DNA of 64,000 nucleotides. It comes from the human T2T-CHM13v2.0 reference genome, Homo sapiens. The DNA lies in the NCBI RefSeq assembly GCF_009914755.1, contig NC_060928.1; one strand, 5' to 3'. The first letter of the stretch is position 1, and every line of letters starts with the position of its first letter. Shown here one piece after another: positions 23,546 through 37,783 of the stretch. The translations under genes and the position numbers were made by a program. Under the pieces are notes generated by a model that worked only from the letters and a program-made list of their open reading frames with translations, had not been told where the DNA came from and made no database searches.

Positions 23546-26500
23546 TCTCAGTGGAAGTACCGACCCACACGTAGGGGTGCACACACACACGCACACACAC
23601 AGACACACACATAACTACACCCAGAAGCGCGCACGTAAACACACACACACCCACACAAACACGAACACCGTCAATCCTACATAAACTAATGAGGAGCCCA
23701 AGTTTCTGTCTCTACAACAGGGACAACTGGATAGTGATGGCTACATCTCAGGATGAGCCCGCATATGGGAAACATCAAGTTTTGGGGTCGTGAGTCTTCC
23801 GAACCTCTGGAGGGACTGTCTGAGTGTTTGTGTTCATGATAGGCGACATTCAGTGTGTATTTCTGAATATGACCTACCGACGTGTAGGTTTGCGTGTGAG
23901 GTAATTGCAGGGGACTCGGTTTCGTATTTTCTCTTGGGGTGTGTTTCATTCGTCAGTTGTTGGTCGGCATGAGAAGGTGAAAGGTGGCTCATGTGGGACA
24001 TCCGTGGATCATTCTCGCCACCTTGAATAGTGGAAGCTGGAATGCATTTGGAAGAGAAGAACGGTGCTCTTCTTTCTTCCCCGGGCTCGCCGTTTTTACA
24101 CTGGTTCCTGAATGGACCTCAGGCGCCCTGGGACTTGTGCTCTTGCTGGAACCCACATAACGCCGGAAGCGGACAGACCGACTTGCCTGTTTCACGGTGC
24201 CCGCTTCCCATGAGTCGAAACGGAAAATTTTCCCACGGGCATGTAAGTCATCTGGAAGTAAGCTGTATTGATAATAAAGGAAAGCAAACACAGGAGTGTG
24301 TGTATTCAACTGAAATAAATTCAGAAAGCCCTGAAATCAATCTCACTGGGTGTGTTTAAAAATGGCATTTGGGGAATTTCTGGGTCATTTGTCCAGCTGC
24401 GAAAGCTGCATCTCTGAAGCACAGTCCCTGTCCCGCAGTGAGACTTATTTATCCGACGTGGTGTTTCCGTGGAAATGATTGTGGGAAATGGCCCCTTCCT
24501 TTTCTCTATTTGCTGATTAGACTTCATGGTCCCTTTCTCGTCAGGTACAGTGATCAAAGTTGACCAACCCCAGAGGAAAGCTGCCCAGGGCACAACTCAG
24601 GGCTCCGTAGAACCACAGAATCTTGGGCGCAACCCTGCTCAAGCACCCAAATGTGCATACGAACAGGGTCTCCGTGTGACGTGTGTGAAAACTACAGTGT
24701 GATGAGCATGACTGGCAGACAGCTTATCGATTGGGCTCCACTCAAAATCGGTTATGAGCATTCAAGCACACCGATGCCCAGGTCCCGGCTGCAGGAATAA
24801 GACCCTCCAGGGTCTTGTGTGAAGCCTCGGCATCTGCATTGCTCATGCTTCTGGGGATCATTCTCCTGAAAATGGTGGCTCCTTTCTCCCTGTGGAGCAT
24901 CTTTCTAAGCAGTGCTCTTTTCTTCCCCCAGGACACTTTACATCCGGCACAGGAAGCCTTCTGATGGAGCACACCTGGCCCATGAAAAGACAAGGGAAAG
25001 AAACGGGGCCAAAGGTCACAGTCCTCTCATCCCATCATCCTCCTTAAAATCATCCTAATTTCATGGGCCCTGAAGCCAGGGCTGTTTCTTTACACCTAGA
25101 GGCCTTGGCGCCGGGCCTCAATTCCGCCCTGTTCCTTACCGTCTAAGACATGTTGGGAAAATCCCTAGAGCCAGGATCTTCATTCCCGCTAAGCCAGACA
25201 GCCGGAAGACACACCCAAATTCTGTCCCTCTTACTTCAGGGAACATGTCCACTTTCGGCAGCATTACAATTTTGGCACCAAATGTGCTAACTGCAATTCC
25301 ACCATACAATGCGTAACTGGAAATGGAGGCAACATCTCCGATCCTGAACGATCGATGCGAGAATCCAGGATATGCACGGCTTATTTTGGCCTTTTCCCAC
25401 TGAAACAAGGGCCAGTATTAAAAATGGCACGCTATCCTCTGTTTCACTCCCTGCTTTTAAACGTCTCCGATGTTTCTCCCTGAGACAGGGCCTCACTTCC
25501 GTCAGCCGGGCTTTTCTACGGTATAATTTTCCTTGTTTGCTTTTGTCCAAATTAGAACTTTTTATTTCATCTCTAGGAAACGTTGATCCATTATCACATA
25601 CGTATGGAAATATTATCACACATGCTGTGAGATACGTTGTTTTTATTTTCATCAATTCCTTAATAAACAAAAGGTTATAGCTGGGATACCTTCTGAGTTC
25701 TCAAGTTTTTTGTTTCGTGTTTTCTTAAACTGCCGTCGCACGTCCGAAACCGCTCACTATGCAGTGTCATGACCGTCTCTCTTTTCTGGCAAACATAAAT
25801 TTGGGGATTGTCATCAATTAGTCTCTCGGGGATTGCATGATTTCCCCAAAGGCTTTCACAGTCTACTTTGTGCACTGAGTATCTCTTCAAACTTCAGTGC
25901 ATGTTTCTACCATTTGATGCTTTCTTATTTGGCAATCTAGCTTCCACAAGAGCATTTCATGCAAAGACTTGTCTTGTTCTCCACTGGCAGGTAATTTCAC
26001 TCGGACAGAGAATCAATAGGCTCAACGTGGAAAGGTTATCGCTGGAAGGTCTGTTTGATTCCACGGATCTCTCCTTTCTCACTAGGGAAGAAAATACGCT
26101 GTGCTAAATACTATACTTCATTGACTATTCTCAGGTCAGAAACCGCACTTTCGACTTCTTGTCCTTCCGTCGCTGAGAGGATGATGGCAGCTGCCAAAAG
26201 TACCTACTTGGAGGTTCATCCCAGCACAAACACACACACACACACGCCCCCCCACACACACACACAAACACACTCACACACACACACGCACACGGTTTCC
26301 TAGGTAAAGATTTCTTCCCTGCCATTGCTTTACCTAAAATAAGGCAACTGTGAGGCCGCTGTCCCAACCCGGTTACACTCCTATTATATGTGCCTATCAT
26401 CCTGAGGAGTAATTTGATTCAGGTGTTCTGGAAGTCATGCTGTGGGCTGTGTCTGTTGAATTCCCAGCGATGCCAGGGGACACACCCTGTGACTCCTTCC

Positions 26501-26698
26501 TGAATTGAGTGCTGATATTTGATTGGCTTATCGCGCACCTGATGAGTGGGTGGGGTGTTCGCGGTTGGTGGGGGTGACTTACAGAAGGGCTGATGCGGCC
26601 AGAGAGCTCGTCATTTGAAGACTCTCTCGGAAGGGATAGCGTCTTTCTGCAACCTGCGGTCCCAGCAGACAAACCTTGTGATCCTCGTTCCAGTCGAC

Positions 26699-28291
26699 AT
26701 GGAGGACGACTCACTCTACTTGGGAGGTGAGTGGCAGTTCAACCACTTTTCAAAACTCACATCTTCTCGGCCCGATGCAGCTTTTGCTGAAATCCAGCGG
26801 ACTTCTCTCCCTGAGAAGTCACCACTCTCATGTGAGACCCGTGTCGACCTCTGTGACGATTTGGCTCCTGTGGCAAGACAGCTTGCTCCCAGGGAGAAGC
26901 TTCCTCTGAGTAGCAGGAGACCTGCTGCGGTGGGGGCTGGGCTCCAGAATATGGGAAATACCTGCTACGTGAACGCTTCCTTGCAGTGCCTGACATACAC
27001 ACCGCCCCTTGCCAACTACATGCTGTCCCGGGAGCACTCTCAAACGTGTCATCGTCACAAGGGCTGCATGCTCTGTACTATGCAAGCTCACATCACACGG
27101 GCCCTCCACAATCCTGGCCACGTCATCCAGCCCTCACAGGCATTGGCTGCTGGCTTCCATAGAGGCAAGCAGGAAGATGCCCATGAATTTCCCATGTTCA
27201 CTGTGGATGCCATGAAAAAGGCATGCCTTCCCGGGCACAAGCAGGTAGATCATCACTCTAAGGACACCACCCTCATCCACCAAATATTTGGAGGCTACTG
27301 GAGATCTCAAATCAAGTGTCTCCACTGCCACGGCATTTCAGACACTTTTGACCCTTACCTGGACATCGCCCTGGATATCCAGGCAGCTCAGAGTGTCCAG
27401 CAAGCTTTGGAACAGTTGGTGAAGCCCGAAGAACTCAATGGAGAGAATGCCTATCATTGTGGTGTTTGTCTCCAGAGGGCGACGGCCTCCAAGACGTTAA
27501 CTTTACACACCTCTGCCAAGGTCCTCATCCTTGTATTGAAGAGATTCTCCGATGTCACAGGCAACAAGATTGCCAAGAATGTGCAATATCCTGAGTGCCT
27601 TGACATGCAGCCATACATGTCTCAGCAGAACACAGGACCTCTCGTCTATGTCCTCTATGCTGTGCTGGTCCACGCTGGGTGGAGTTGTCACAACGGACAT
27701 TACTTCTCTTATGTCAAAGCTCAAGAAGGCCAGTGGTATAAAATGGATGATGCCGAGGTCACCGCCTCTAGCATCACTTCTGTCCTGAGTCAACAGGCCT
27801 ACGTCCTCTTTTACATCCAGAAGAGTGAATGGGAAAGACACAGTGAGAGTGTGTCAAGAGGCAGGGAACCAAGAGCCCTTGGCGCAGAAGACACAGACAG
27901 GCGAGCAACGCAAGGAGAGCTCAAGAGAGACCACCCCTGCCTCCAGGCCCCCGAGTTGGACGAGCACTTGGTGGAAAGAGCCACTCAGGAAAGCACCTTA
28001 GACCACTGGAAATTCCTTCAAGAGCAAAACAAAACGAAGCCTGAGTTCAACGTCAGAAAAGTCGAAGGTACCCTGCCTCCCGACGTACTTGTGATTCATC
28101 AATCAAAATACAAGTGTGGGATGAAGAACCATCATCCTGAACAGCAAAGCTCCCTGCTAAACCTCTCTTCGACGACACCGACACATCAGGAGTCCATGAA
28201 CACTGGCACACTCGCTTCCCTGCGAGGGAGGGCCAGGAGATCCAAAGGGAAGAACAAACACAGCAAGAGGGCTCTGCTTGTGTGCCAGTGA
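26699..28291 (+). CDS. USP17L: USP17-like copy 6, 530 aa, L165P + P262T
   Basis: Intact ORF; CTC>CCC at 27191-27193 and CCG>ACG at 27482-27484. Confidence 0.94.
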   Translation: MEDDSLYLGGEWQFNHFSKLTSSRPDAAFAEIQRTSLPEKSPLSCETRVDLCDDLAPVARQLAPREKLPLSSRRPAAVGAGLQNMGNTCYVNASLQCLTYTPPLANYMLSREHSQTCHRHKGCMLCTMQAHITRALHNPGHVIQPSQALAAGFHRGKQEDAHEFPMFTVDAMKKACLPGHKQVDHHSKDTTLIHQIFGGYWRSQIKCLHCHGISDTFDPYLDIALDIQAAQSVQQALEQLVKPEELNGENAYHCGVCLQRATASKTLTLHTSAKVLILVLKRFSDVTGNKIAKNVQYPECLDMQPYMSQQNTGPLVYVLYAVLVHAGWSCHNGHYFSYVKAQEGQWYKMDDAEVTASSITSVLSQQAYVLFYIQKSEWERHSESVSRGREPRALGAEDTDRRATQGELKRDHPCLQAPELDEHLVERATQESTLDHWKFLQEQNKTKPEFNVRKVEGTLPPDVLVIHQSKYKCGMKNHHPEQQSSLLNLSSTTPTHQESMNTGTLASLRGRARRSKGKNKHSKRALLVCQ

Positions 28292-31200
28292 TCTCAGTGG
28301 AAGTACCGACCCACACGTAGGGGTGCACACACACACGCACACACACAGACACACACATAACTACACCCAGAAGCGCGCACGCAAACACACACACACCCAC
28401 ACAAACACGAACACCGTCAATCCTACATAAACTAATGAGGAGCCCAAGTTTCTGTCTCTACAACAGGGACAACTGGATAGTGATGGCTACATCTCAGGAT
28501 GAGCCCGCATATGGGAAACATCAAGTTTTGGGGTCGTGAGTCTTCCGAACCTCTGGAGGGACTGTCTGAGTGTTTGTGTTCATGATAGGCGACATTCAGT
28601 GTGTATTTCTGAATATGACCTACCGACGTGTAGGTTTGCGTGTGAGGTAATTGCAGGGGACTCGGTTTCGTATTTTCTCTTGGGGTGTGTTTCATTCGTC
28701 AGTTGTTGGTCGGCATGAGAAGGTGAAATGTGGCTCATGTGGGACATCCGTGGATCATTCTCGCCACCTTGAATAGTGGAAGCTGGAATGCATTTGGAAG
28801 AGAAGAACGGTGCTCTTCTTTCTTCCCCGGGCTCGCCGTTTTTACACTGGTTCCTGAATGGACCTCAGGCGCCCTGGGACTTGTGCTCTTGCTGGAACCC
28901 ACATAACGCCGGAAGCGGACAGACCGACTTGCCTGTTTCACGGTGCCCGCTTCCCATGAGTCGAAACGGAAAATTTTCCCACGGGCATGTAAGTCATCTG
29001 GAAGTAAGCTGTATTGATAATAAAGGAAAGCAAACACAGGAGTGTGTGTATTCAACTGAAATAAATTCAGAAAGCCCTGAAATCAATCTCACTGGGTGTG
29101 TTTAAAAATGGCATTTGGGGAATTTCTGGGTCATTTGTCCAGCTGCGAAAGCTGCATCTCTGAAGCACAGTCCCTGTCCCGCAGTGAGACTTATTTATCC
29201 GACGTGGTGTTTCCGTGGAAATGATTGTGGGAAATGGCCCCTTCCTTTGCTCTATTTGCTGATTAGACTTCATGGTCCCTTTCTCGTCAGGTACAGTGAT
29301 CAAAGTTGACCAACCCCAGAGGAAAGCTGCCCAGGGCACAACTCAGGGCTCCGTAGAACCACAGAATCTTGGGCGCAACCCTGCTCAAGCACCCAAATGT
29401 GCATACGAACAGGGTCTCCGTGTGACGTGTGTGAAAACTACAGTGTGATGAGCATGACTGGCAGACAGCTTATCGATTGGGCTCCCCTCAAAATCGGTTA
29501 TGAGCATTCAAGCACACCGATGCCCAGGTCCCGGCTGCAGGAATAAGACCCTCCAGGGTCTTGTGTGAAGCCTCGGCATCTGCATTGCTCATGCTTCTGG
29601 GGATCATTCTCCTGAAAATGGTGGCTCCTTTCTCCCTGTGGAGCATCTTTCTAAGCAGTGCTCTTTTCTTCCCCCAGGACACTTTACATCCGGCACAGGA
29701 AGCCTTCTGATGGAGCACACCTGGCCCATGAAAAGACAAGGGAAAGAAACGGGGCCAAAGGTCACAGTCCTCTCATCCCATCATCCTCCTTAAAATCATC
29801 CTAATTTCATGGGCCCTGAAGCCAGGGCTGTTTCTTTACACCTAGAGGCCTTGGCGCCGGGCCTCAATTCCGCCCTGTTCCTTACCGTCTAAGACATGTT
29901 GGGAAAATCCCTAGAGCCAGGATCTTCATTCCCGCTAAGCCAGACAGCCGGAAGACACACCCAAATTCTGTCCCTCTTACTTCAGGGAACATGTCCACTT
30001 TCGGCAGCATTACAATTTTGGCACCAAATGTGCTAACTGCAATTCCACCATACAATGCGTAACTGGAAATGGAGGCAACATCTCCGATCCTGAACGATCG
30101 ATGCGAGAATCCAGGATATGCACGGCTTATTTTGGCCTTTTCCCACTGAAACAAGGGCCAGTATTAAAAATGGCACGCTATCCTCTGTTTCACTCCCTGC
30201 TTTTAAACGTCTCCGATGTTTCTCCCTGAGACAGGGCCTCACTTCCGTCAGCCGGGCTTTTCTACGGTATAATTTTCCTTGTTTGCTTTTGTCCAAATTA
30301 GAACTTTTTATTTCATCTCTAGGAAACGTTGATCCATTATCACATACGTATGGAAATATTATCACACATGCTGTGAGATACGTTGTTTTTATTTTCATCA
30401 ATTCCTTAATAAACAAAAGGTTATAGCTGGGATACCTTCTGAGTTCTCAAGTTTTTTGTTTCGTGTTTTCTTAAACTGCCGTCGCACGTCCGAAACCGCT
30501 CACTATGCAGTGTCATGACCGTCTCTCTTTTCTGGCAAACATAAATTTGGGGATTGTCATCAATTAGTCTCTCGGGGATTGCATGATTTCCCCAAAGGCT
30601 TTCACAGTCTACTTTGTGCACTGAGTATCTCTTCAAACTTCAGTGCATGTTTCTACCATTTGATGCTTTCTTATTTGGCAATCTAGCTTCCACAAGAGCA
30701 TTTCATGCAAAGACTTGTCTTGTTCTCCACTGGCAGGTAATTTCACTCGGACAGAGAATCAATAGGCTCAACGTGGAAAGGTTATCGCTGGAAGGTCTGT
30801 TTGATTCCACGGATCTCTCCTTTCTCACTAGGGAAGAAAATACGCTGTGCTAAATACTATACTTCATTGACTATTCTCAGGTCAGAAACCGCACTTTCGA
30901 CTTCTTGTCCTTCCGTCGCTGAGAGGATGATGGCAGCTGCCAAAAGTACCTACTTGGAGGTTCATCCCAGCACAAACACACACACACACACGCCCCCCCC
31001 CACACACACACAAACACACTCACACACACACACGCACACGGTTTCCTAGGTAAAGATTTCTTCCCTGCCATTGCTTTACCTAAAATAAGGCAACTGTGAG
31101 GCCGCTGTCCCAACCCGGTTACACTCCTATTATATGTGCCTATCATCCTGAGGAGTAATTTGATTCAGGTGTTCTGGAAGTCATGCTGTGGGCTGTGTCT

Positions 31201-31444
31201 GTTGAATTCCCAGCGATGCCAGGGGACACACCCTGTGACTCCTTCCTGAATTGAGTGCTGATATTTGATTGGCTTATCGCGCACCTGATGAGTGGGTGGG
31301 GTGTTCGCGGTTGGTGGGGGTGACTTACAGAAGGGCTGATGCGGCCAGAGAGCTCGTCATTTGAAGACTCTCTCGGAAGGGATAGCGTCTTTCTGCAACC
31401 TGCGGTCCCAGCAGACAAACCTTGTGATCCTCGTTCCAGTCGAC

Positions 31445-33037
31445 ATGGAGGACGACTCACTCTACTTGGGAGGTGAGTGGCAGTTCAACCACTTTTCAAA
31501 ACTCACATCTTCTCGGCCCGATGCAGCTTTTGCTGAAATCCAGCGGACTTCTCTCCCTGAGAAGTCACCACTCTCATGTGAGACCCGTGTCGACCTCTGT
31601 GACGATTTGGCTCCTGTGGCAAGACAGCTTGCTCCCAGGGAGAAGCTTCCTCTGAGTAGCAGGAGACCTGCTGCGGTGGGGGCTGGGCTCCAGAATATGG
31701 GAAATACCTGCTACGTGAACGCTTCCTTGCAGTGCCTGACATACACACCGCCCCTTGCCAACTACATGCTGTCCCGGGAGCACTCTCAAACGTGTCATCG
31801 TCACAAGGGCTGCATGCTCTGTACTATGCAAGCTCACATCACACGGGCCCTCCACAATCCTGGCCACGTCATCCAGCCCTCACAGGCATTGGCTGCTGGC
31901 TTCCATAGAGGCAAGCAGGAAGATGCCCATGAATTTCCCATGTTCACTGTGGATGCCATGAAAAAGGCATGCCTTCCCGGGCACAAGCAGGTAGATCATC
32001 ACTCTAAGGACACCACCCTCATCCACCAAATATTTGGAGGCTACTGGAGATCTCAAATCAAGTGTCTCCACTGCCACGGCATTTCAGACACTTTTGACCC
32101 TTACCTGGACATCGCCCTGGATATCCAGGCAGCTCAGAGTGTCCAGCAAGCTTTGGAACAGTTGGTGAAGCCCGAAGAACTCAATGGAGAGAATGCCTAT
32201 CATTGTGGTGTTTGTCTCCAGAGGGCGCCGGCCTCCAAGACGTTAACTTTACACACCTCTGCCAAGGTCCTCATCCTTGTATTGAAGAGATTCTCCGATG
32301 TCACAGGCAACAAGATTGCCAAGAATGTGCAATATCCTGAGTGCCTTGACATGCAGCCATACATGTCTCAGCAGAACACAGGACCTCTCGTCTATGTCCT
32401 CTATGCTGTGCTGGTCCACGCTGGGTGGAGTTGTCACAACGGACATTACTTCTCTTATGTCAAAGCTCAAGAAGGCCAGTGGTATAAAATGGATGATGCC
32501 GAGGTCACCGCCTCTAGCATCACTTCTGTCCTGAGTCAACAGGCCTACGTCCTCTTTTACATCCAGAAGAGTGAATGGGAAAGACACAGTGAGAGTGTGT
32601 CAAGAGGCAGGGAACCAAGAGCCCTTGGCGCAGAAGACACAGACAGGCGAGCAACGCAAGGAGAGCTCAAGAGAGACCACCCCTGCCTCCAGGCCCCCGA
32701 GTTGGACGAGCACTTGGTGGAAAGAGCCACTCAGGAAAGCACCTTAGACCACTGGAAATTCCTTCAAGAGCAAAACAAAACGAAGCCTGAGTTCAACGTC
32801 AGAAAAGTCGAAGGTACCCTGCCTCCCGACGTACTTGTGATTCATCAATCAAAATACAAGTGTGGGATGAAGAACCATCATCCTGAACAGCAAAGCTCCC
32901 TGCTAAACCTCTCTTCGACGACACCGACACATCAGGAGTCCATGAACACTGGCACACTCGCTTCCCTGCGAGGGAGGGCCAGGAGATCCAAAGGGAAGAA
33001 CAAACACAGCAAGAGGGCTCTGCTTGTGTGCCAGTGA
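31445..33037 (+). CDS. USP17L: USP17-like copy 7, 530 aa, L165P
   Basis: Intact ORF; CTC>CCC at 31937-31939. Confidence 0.94.
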   Translation: MEDDSLYLGGEWQFNHFSKLTSSRPDAAFAEIQRTSLPEKSPLSCETRVDLCDDLAPVARQLAPREKLPLSSRRPAAVGAGLQNMGNTCYVNASLQCLTYTPPLANYMLSREHSQTCHRHKGCMLCTMQAHITRALHNPGHVIQPSQALAAGFHRGKQEDAHEFPMFTVDAMKKACLPGHKQVDHHSKDTTLIHQIFGGYWRSQIKCLHCHGISDTFDPYLDIALDIQAAQSVQQALEQLVKPEELNGENAYHCGVCLQRAPASKTLTLHTSAKVLILVLKRFSDVTGNKIAKNVQYPECLDMQPYMSQQNTGPLVYVLYAVLVHAGWSCHNGHYFSYVKAQEGQWYKMDDAEVTASSITSVLSQQAYVLFYIQKSEWERHSESVSRGREPRALGAEDTDRRATQGELKRDHPCLQAPELDEHLVERATQESTLDHWKFLQEQNKTKPEFNVRKVEGTLPPDVLVIHQSKYKCGMKNHHPEQQSSLLNLSSTTPTHQESMNTGTLASLRGRARRSKGKNKHSKRALLVCQ

Positions 33038-36000
33038 TCTCAGTGGAAGTACCGACCCACACGTAGGGGTGCACACACACACGCACACACACAGACACAC
33101 ACATAACTACACCCAGAAGCGCGCACGCAAACACACACACACCCACACAAACACGAACACCGTCAATCCTACATAAACTAATGAGGAGCCCAAGTTTCTG
33201 TCTCTACAACAGGGACAACTGGATAGTGATGGCTACATCTCAGGATGAGCCCGCATATGGGAAACATCAAGTTTTGGGGTCGTGAGTCTTCCGAACCTCT
33301 GGAGGGACTGTCTGAGTGTTTGTGTTCATGATAGGCGACATTCAGTGTGTATTTCTGAATATGACCTACCGACGTGTAGGTTTGCGTGTGAGGTAATTGC
33401 AGGGGACTCGGTTTCGTATTTTCTCTTGGGGTGTGTTTCATTCGTCAGTTGTTGGTCGGCATGAGAAGGTGAAATGTGGCTCATGTGGGACATCCGTGGA
33501 TCATTCTCGCCACCTTGAATAGTGGAAGCTGGAATGCATTTGGAAGAGAAGAACGGTGCTCTTCTTTCTTCCCCGGGCTCGCCGTTTTTACACTGGTTCC
33601 TGAATGGACCTCAGGCGCCCTGGGACTTGTGCTCTTGCTGGAACCCACATAACGCCGGAAGCGGACAGACCGACTTGCCTGTTTCACGGTGCCCGCTTCC
33701 CATGAGTCGAAACGGAAAATTTTCCCACGGGCATGTAAGTCATCTGGAAGTAAGCTGTATTGATAATAAAGGAAAGCAAACACAGGAGTGTGTGTATTCA
33801 ACTGAAATAAATTCAGAAAGCCCTGAAATCAATCTCACTGGGTGTGTTTAAAAATGGCATTTGGGGAATTTCTGGGTCATTTGTCCAGCTGCGAAAGCTG
33901 CATCTCTGAAGCACAGTCCCTGTCCCGCAGTGAGACTTATTTATCCGACGTGGTGTTTCCGTGGAAATGATTGTGGGAAATGGCCCCTTCCTTTGCTCTA
34001 TTTGCTGATTAGACTTCATGGTCCCTTTCTCGTCAGGTACAGTGATCAAAGTTGACCAACCCCAGAGGAAAGCTGCCCAGGGCACAACTCAGGGCTCCGT
34101 AGAACCACAGAATCTTGGGCGCAACCCTGCTCAAGCACCCAAATGTGCATACGAACAGGGTCTCCGTGTGACGTGTGTGAAAACTACAGTGTGATGAGCA
34201 TGACTGGCAGACAGCTTATCGATTGGGCTCCCCTCAAAATCGGTTATGAGCATTCAAGCACACCGATGCCCAGGTCCCGGCTGCAGGAATAAGACCCTCC
34301 AGGGTCTTGTGTGAAGCCTCGGCATCTGCATTGCTCATGCTTCTGGGGATCATTCTCCTGAAAATGGTGGCTCCTTTCTCCCTGTGGAGCATCTTTCTAA
34401 GCAGTGCTCTTTTCTTCCCCCAGGACACTTTACATCCGGCACAGGAAGCCTTCTGATGGAGCACACCTGGCCCATGAAAAGACAAGGGAAAGAAACGGGG
34501 CCAAAGGTCACAGTCCTCTCATCCCATCATCCTCCTTAAAATCATCCTAATTTCATGGGCCCTGAAGCCAGGGCTGTTTCTTTACACCTAGAGGCCTTGG
34601 CGCCGGGCCTCAATTCCGCCCTGTTCCTTACCGTCTAAGACATGTTGGGAAAATCCCTAGAGCCAGGATCTTCATTCCCGCTAAGCCAGACAGCCGGAAG
34701 ACACACCCAAATTCTGTCCCTCTTACTTCAGGGAACATGTCCACTTTCGGCAGCATTACAATTTTGGCACCAAATGTGCTAACTGCAATTCCACCATACA
34801 ATGCGTAACTGGAAATGGAGGCAACATCTCCGATCCTGAACGATCGATGCGAGAATCCAGGATATGCACGGCTTATTTTGGCCTTTTCCCACTGAAACAA
34901 GGGCCAGTATTAAAAATGGCACGCTATCCTCTGTTTCACTCCCTGCTTTTAAACGTCTCCGATGTTTCTCCCTGAGACAGGGCCTCACTTCCGTCAGCCG
35001 GGCTTTTCTACGGTATAATTTTCCTTGTTTGCTTTTGTCCAAATTAGAACTTTTTATTTCATCTCTAGGAAACGTTGATCCATTATCACATACGTATGGA
35101 AATATTATCACACATGCTGTGAGATACGTTGTTTTTATTTTCATCAATTCCTTAATAAACAAAAGGTTATAGCTGGGATACCTTCTGAGTTCTCAAGTTT
35201 TTTGTTTCGTGTTTTCTTAAACTGCCGTCGCACGTCCGAAACCGCTCACTATGCAGTGTCATGACCGTCTCTCTTTTCTGGCAAACATAAATTTGGGGAT
35301 TGTCATCAATTAGTCTCTCGGGGATTGCATGATTTCCCCAAAGGCTTTCACAGTCTACTTTGTGCACTGAGTATCTCTTCAAACTTCAGTGCATGTTTCT
35401 ACCATTTGATGCTTTCTTATTTGGCAATCTAGCTTCCACAAGAGCATTTCATGCAAAGACTTGTCTTGTTCTCCACTGGCAGGTAATTTCACTCGGACAG
35501 AGAATCAATAGGCTCAACGTGGAAAGGTTATCGCTGGAAGGTCTGTTTGATTCCACGGATCTCTCCTTTCTCACTAGGGAAGAAAATACGCTGTGCTAAA
35601 TACTATACTTCATTGACTATTCTCAGGTCAGAAAGCGCACTTTCGACTTCTTGTCCTTCCGTCGCTGAGAGGATGATGGCAGCTGCCAAAAGTACCTACT
35701 TGGAGGTTCATCCCAGCACAAACACACACACACACACGCCCCCCCCCACACACACACAAACACACTCACACACACACACGCACACGGTTTCCTAGGTAAA
35801 GATTTCTTCCCTGCCATTGCTTTACCTAAAATAAGGCAACTGTGAGGCCGCTGTCCCAACCCGGTTACACTCCTATTATATGTGCCTATCATCCTGAGGA
35901 GTAATTTGATTCAGGTGTTCTGGAAGTCATGCTGTGGGCTGTGTCTGTTGAATTCCCAGCGATGCCAGGGGACACACCCTGTGACTCCTTCCTGAATTGA

Positions 36001-36190
36001 GTGCTGATATTTGATTGGCTTATCGCGCACCTGATGAGTGGGTGGGGTGTTCGCGGTTGGTGGGGGTGACTTACAGAAGGGCTGATGCGGCCAGAGAGCT
36101 CGTCATTTGAAGACTCTCTCGGAAGGGATAGCGTCTTTCTGCAACCTGCGGTCCCAGCAGACAAACCTTGTGATCCTCGTTCCAGTCGAC

Positions 36191-37783
36191 ATGGAGGACG
36201 ACTCACTCTACTTGGGAGGTGAGTGGCAGTTCAACCACTTTTCAAAACTCACATCTTCTCGGCCCGATGCAGCTTTTGCTGAAATCCAGCGGACTTCTCT
36301 CCCTGAGAAGTCACCACTCTCATGTGAGACCCGTGTCGACCTCTGTGACGATTTGGCTCCTGTGGCAAGACAGCTTGCTCCGAGGGAGAAGCTTCCTCTG
36401 AGTAGCAGGAGACCTGCTGCGGTGGGGGCTGGGCTCCAGAATATGGGAAATACCTGCTACGTGAACGCTTCCTTGCAGTGCCTGACATACACACCGCCCC
36501 TTGCCAACTACATGCTGTCCCGGGAGCACTCTCAAACGTGTCATCGTCACAAGGGCTGCATGCTCTGTACTATGCAAGCTCACATCACACGGGCCCTCCA
36601 CAATCCTGGCCACGTCATCCAGCCCTCACAGGCATTGGCTGCTGGCTTCCATAGAGGCAAGCAGGAAGATGCCCATGAATTTCTCATGTTCACTGTGGAT
36701 GCCATGAAAAAGGCATGCCTTCCCGGGCACAAGCAGGTAGATCATCACTCTAAGGACACCACCCTCATCCACCAAATATTTGGAGGCTACTGGAGATCTC
36801 AAATCAAGTGTCTCCACTGCCACGGCATTTCAGACACTTTTGACCCTTACCTGGACATCGCCCTGGATATCCAGGCAGCTCAGAGTGTCCAGCAAGCTTT
36901 GGAACAGTTGGTGAAGCCCGAAGAACTCAATGGAGAGAATGCCTATCATTGTGGTGTTTGTCTCCAGAGGGCGCCGGCCTCCAAGACGTTAACTTTACAC
37001 ACCTCTGCCAAGGTCCTCATCCTTGTATTGAAGAGATTCTCCGATGTCACAGGCAACAAGATTGCCAAGAATGTGCAATATCCTGAGTGCCTTGACATGC
37101 AGCCATACATGTCTCAGCAGAACACAGGACCTCTCGTCTATGTCCTCTATGCTGTGCTGGTCCACGCTGGGTGGAGTTGTCACAACGGACATTACTTCTC
37201 TTATGTCAAAGCTCAAGAAGGCCAGTGGTATAAAATGGATGATGCCGAGGTCACCGCCTCTAGCATCACTTCTGTCCTGAGTCAACAGGCCTACGTCCTC
37301 TTTTACATCCAGAAGAGTGAATGGGAAAGACACAGTGAGAGTGTGTCAAGAGGCAGGGAACCAAGAGCCCTTGGCGCAGAAGACACAGACAGGCGAGCAA
37401 CGCAAGGAGAGCTCAAGAGAGACCACCCCTGCCTCCAGGCCCCCGAGTTGGACGAGCACTTGGTGGAAAGAGCCACTCAGGAAAGCACCTTAGACCACTG
37501 GAAATTCCTTCAAGAGCAAAACAAAACGAAGCCTGAGTTCAACGTCAGAAAAGTCGAAGGTACCCTGCCTCCCGACGTACTTGTGATTCATCAATCAAAA
37601 TACAAGTGTGGGATGAAGAACCATCATCCTGAACAGCAAAGCTCCCTGCTAAACCTCTCTTCGACGACCCCGACACATCAGGAGTCCATGAACACTGGCA
37701 CACTCGCTTCCCTGCGAGGGAGGGCCAGGAGATCCAAAGGGAAGAACAAACACAGCAAGAGGGCTCTGCTTGTGTGCCAGTGA
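36191..37783 (+). CDS. USP17L: USP17-like copy 8, 530 aa, consensus protein
   Basis: Intact ORF, translation as copy 1. Confidence 0.96.
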   Translation: MEDDSLYLGGEWQFNHFSKLTSSRPDAAFAEIQRTSLPEKSPLSCETRVDLCDDLAPVARQLAPREKLPLSSRRPAAVGAGLQNMGNTCYVNASLQCLTYTPPLANYMLSREHSQTCHRHKGCMLCTMQAHITRALHNPGHVIQPSQALAAGFHRGKQEDAHEFLMFTVDAMKKACLPGHKQVDHHSKDTTLIHQIFGGYWRSQIKCLHCHGISDTFDPYLDIALDIQAAQSVQQALEQLVKPEELNGENAYHCGVCLQRAPASKTLTLHTSAKVLILVLKRFSDVTGNKIAKNVQYPECLDMQPYMSQQNTGPLVYVLYAVLVHAGWSCHNGHYFSYVKAQEGQWYKMDDAEVTASSITSVLSQQAYVLFYIQKSEWERHSESVSRGREPRALGAEDTDRRATQGELKRDHPCLQAPELDEHLVERATQESTLDHWKFLQEQNKTKPEFNVRKVEGTLPPDVLVIHQSKYKCGMKNHHPEQQSSLLNLSSTTPTHQESMNTGTLASLRGRARRSKGKNKHSKRALLVCQ

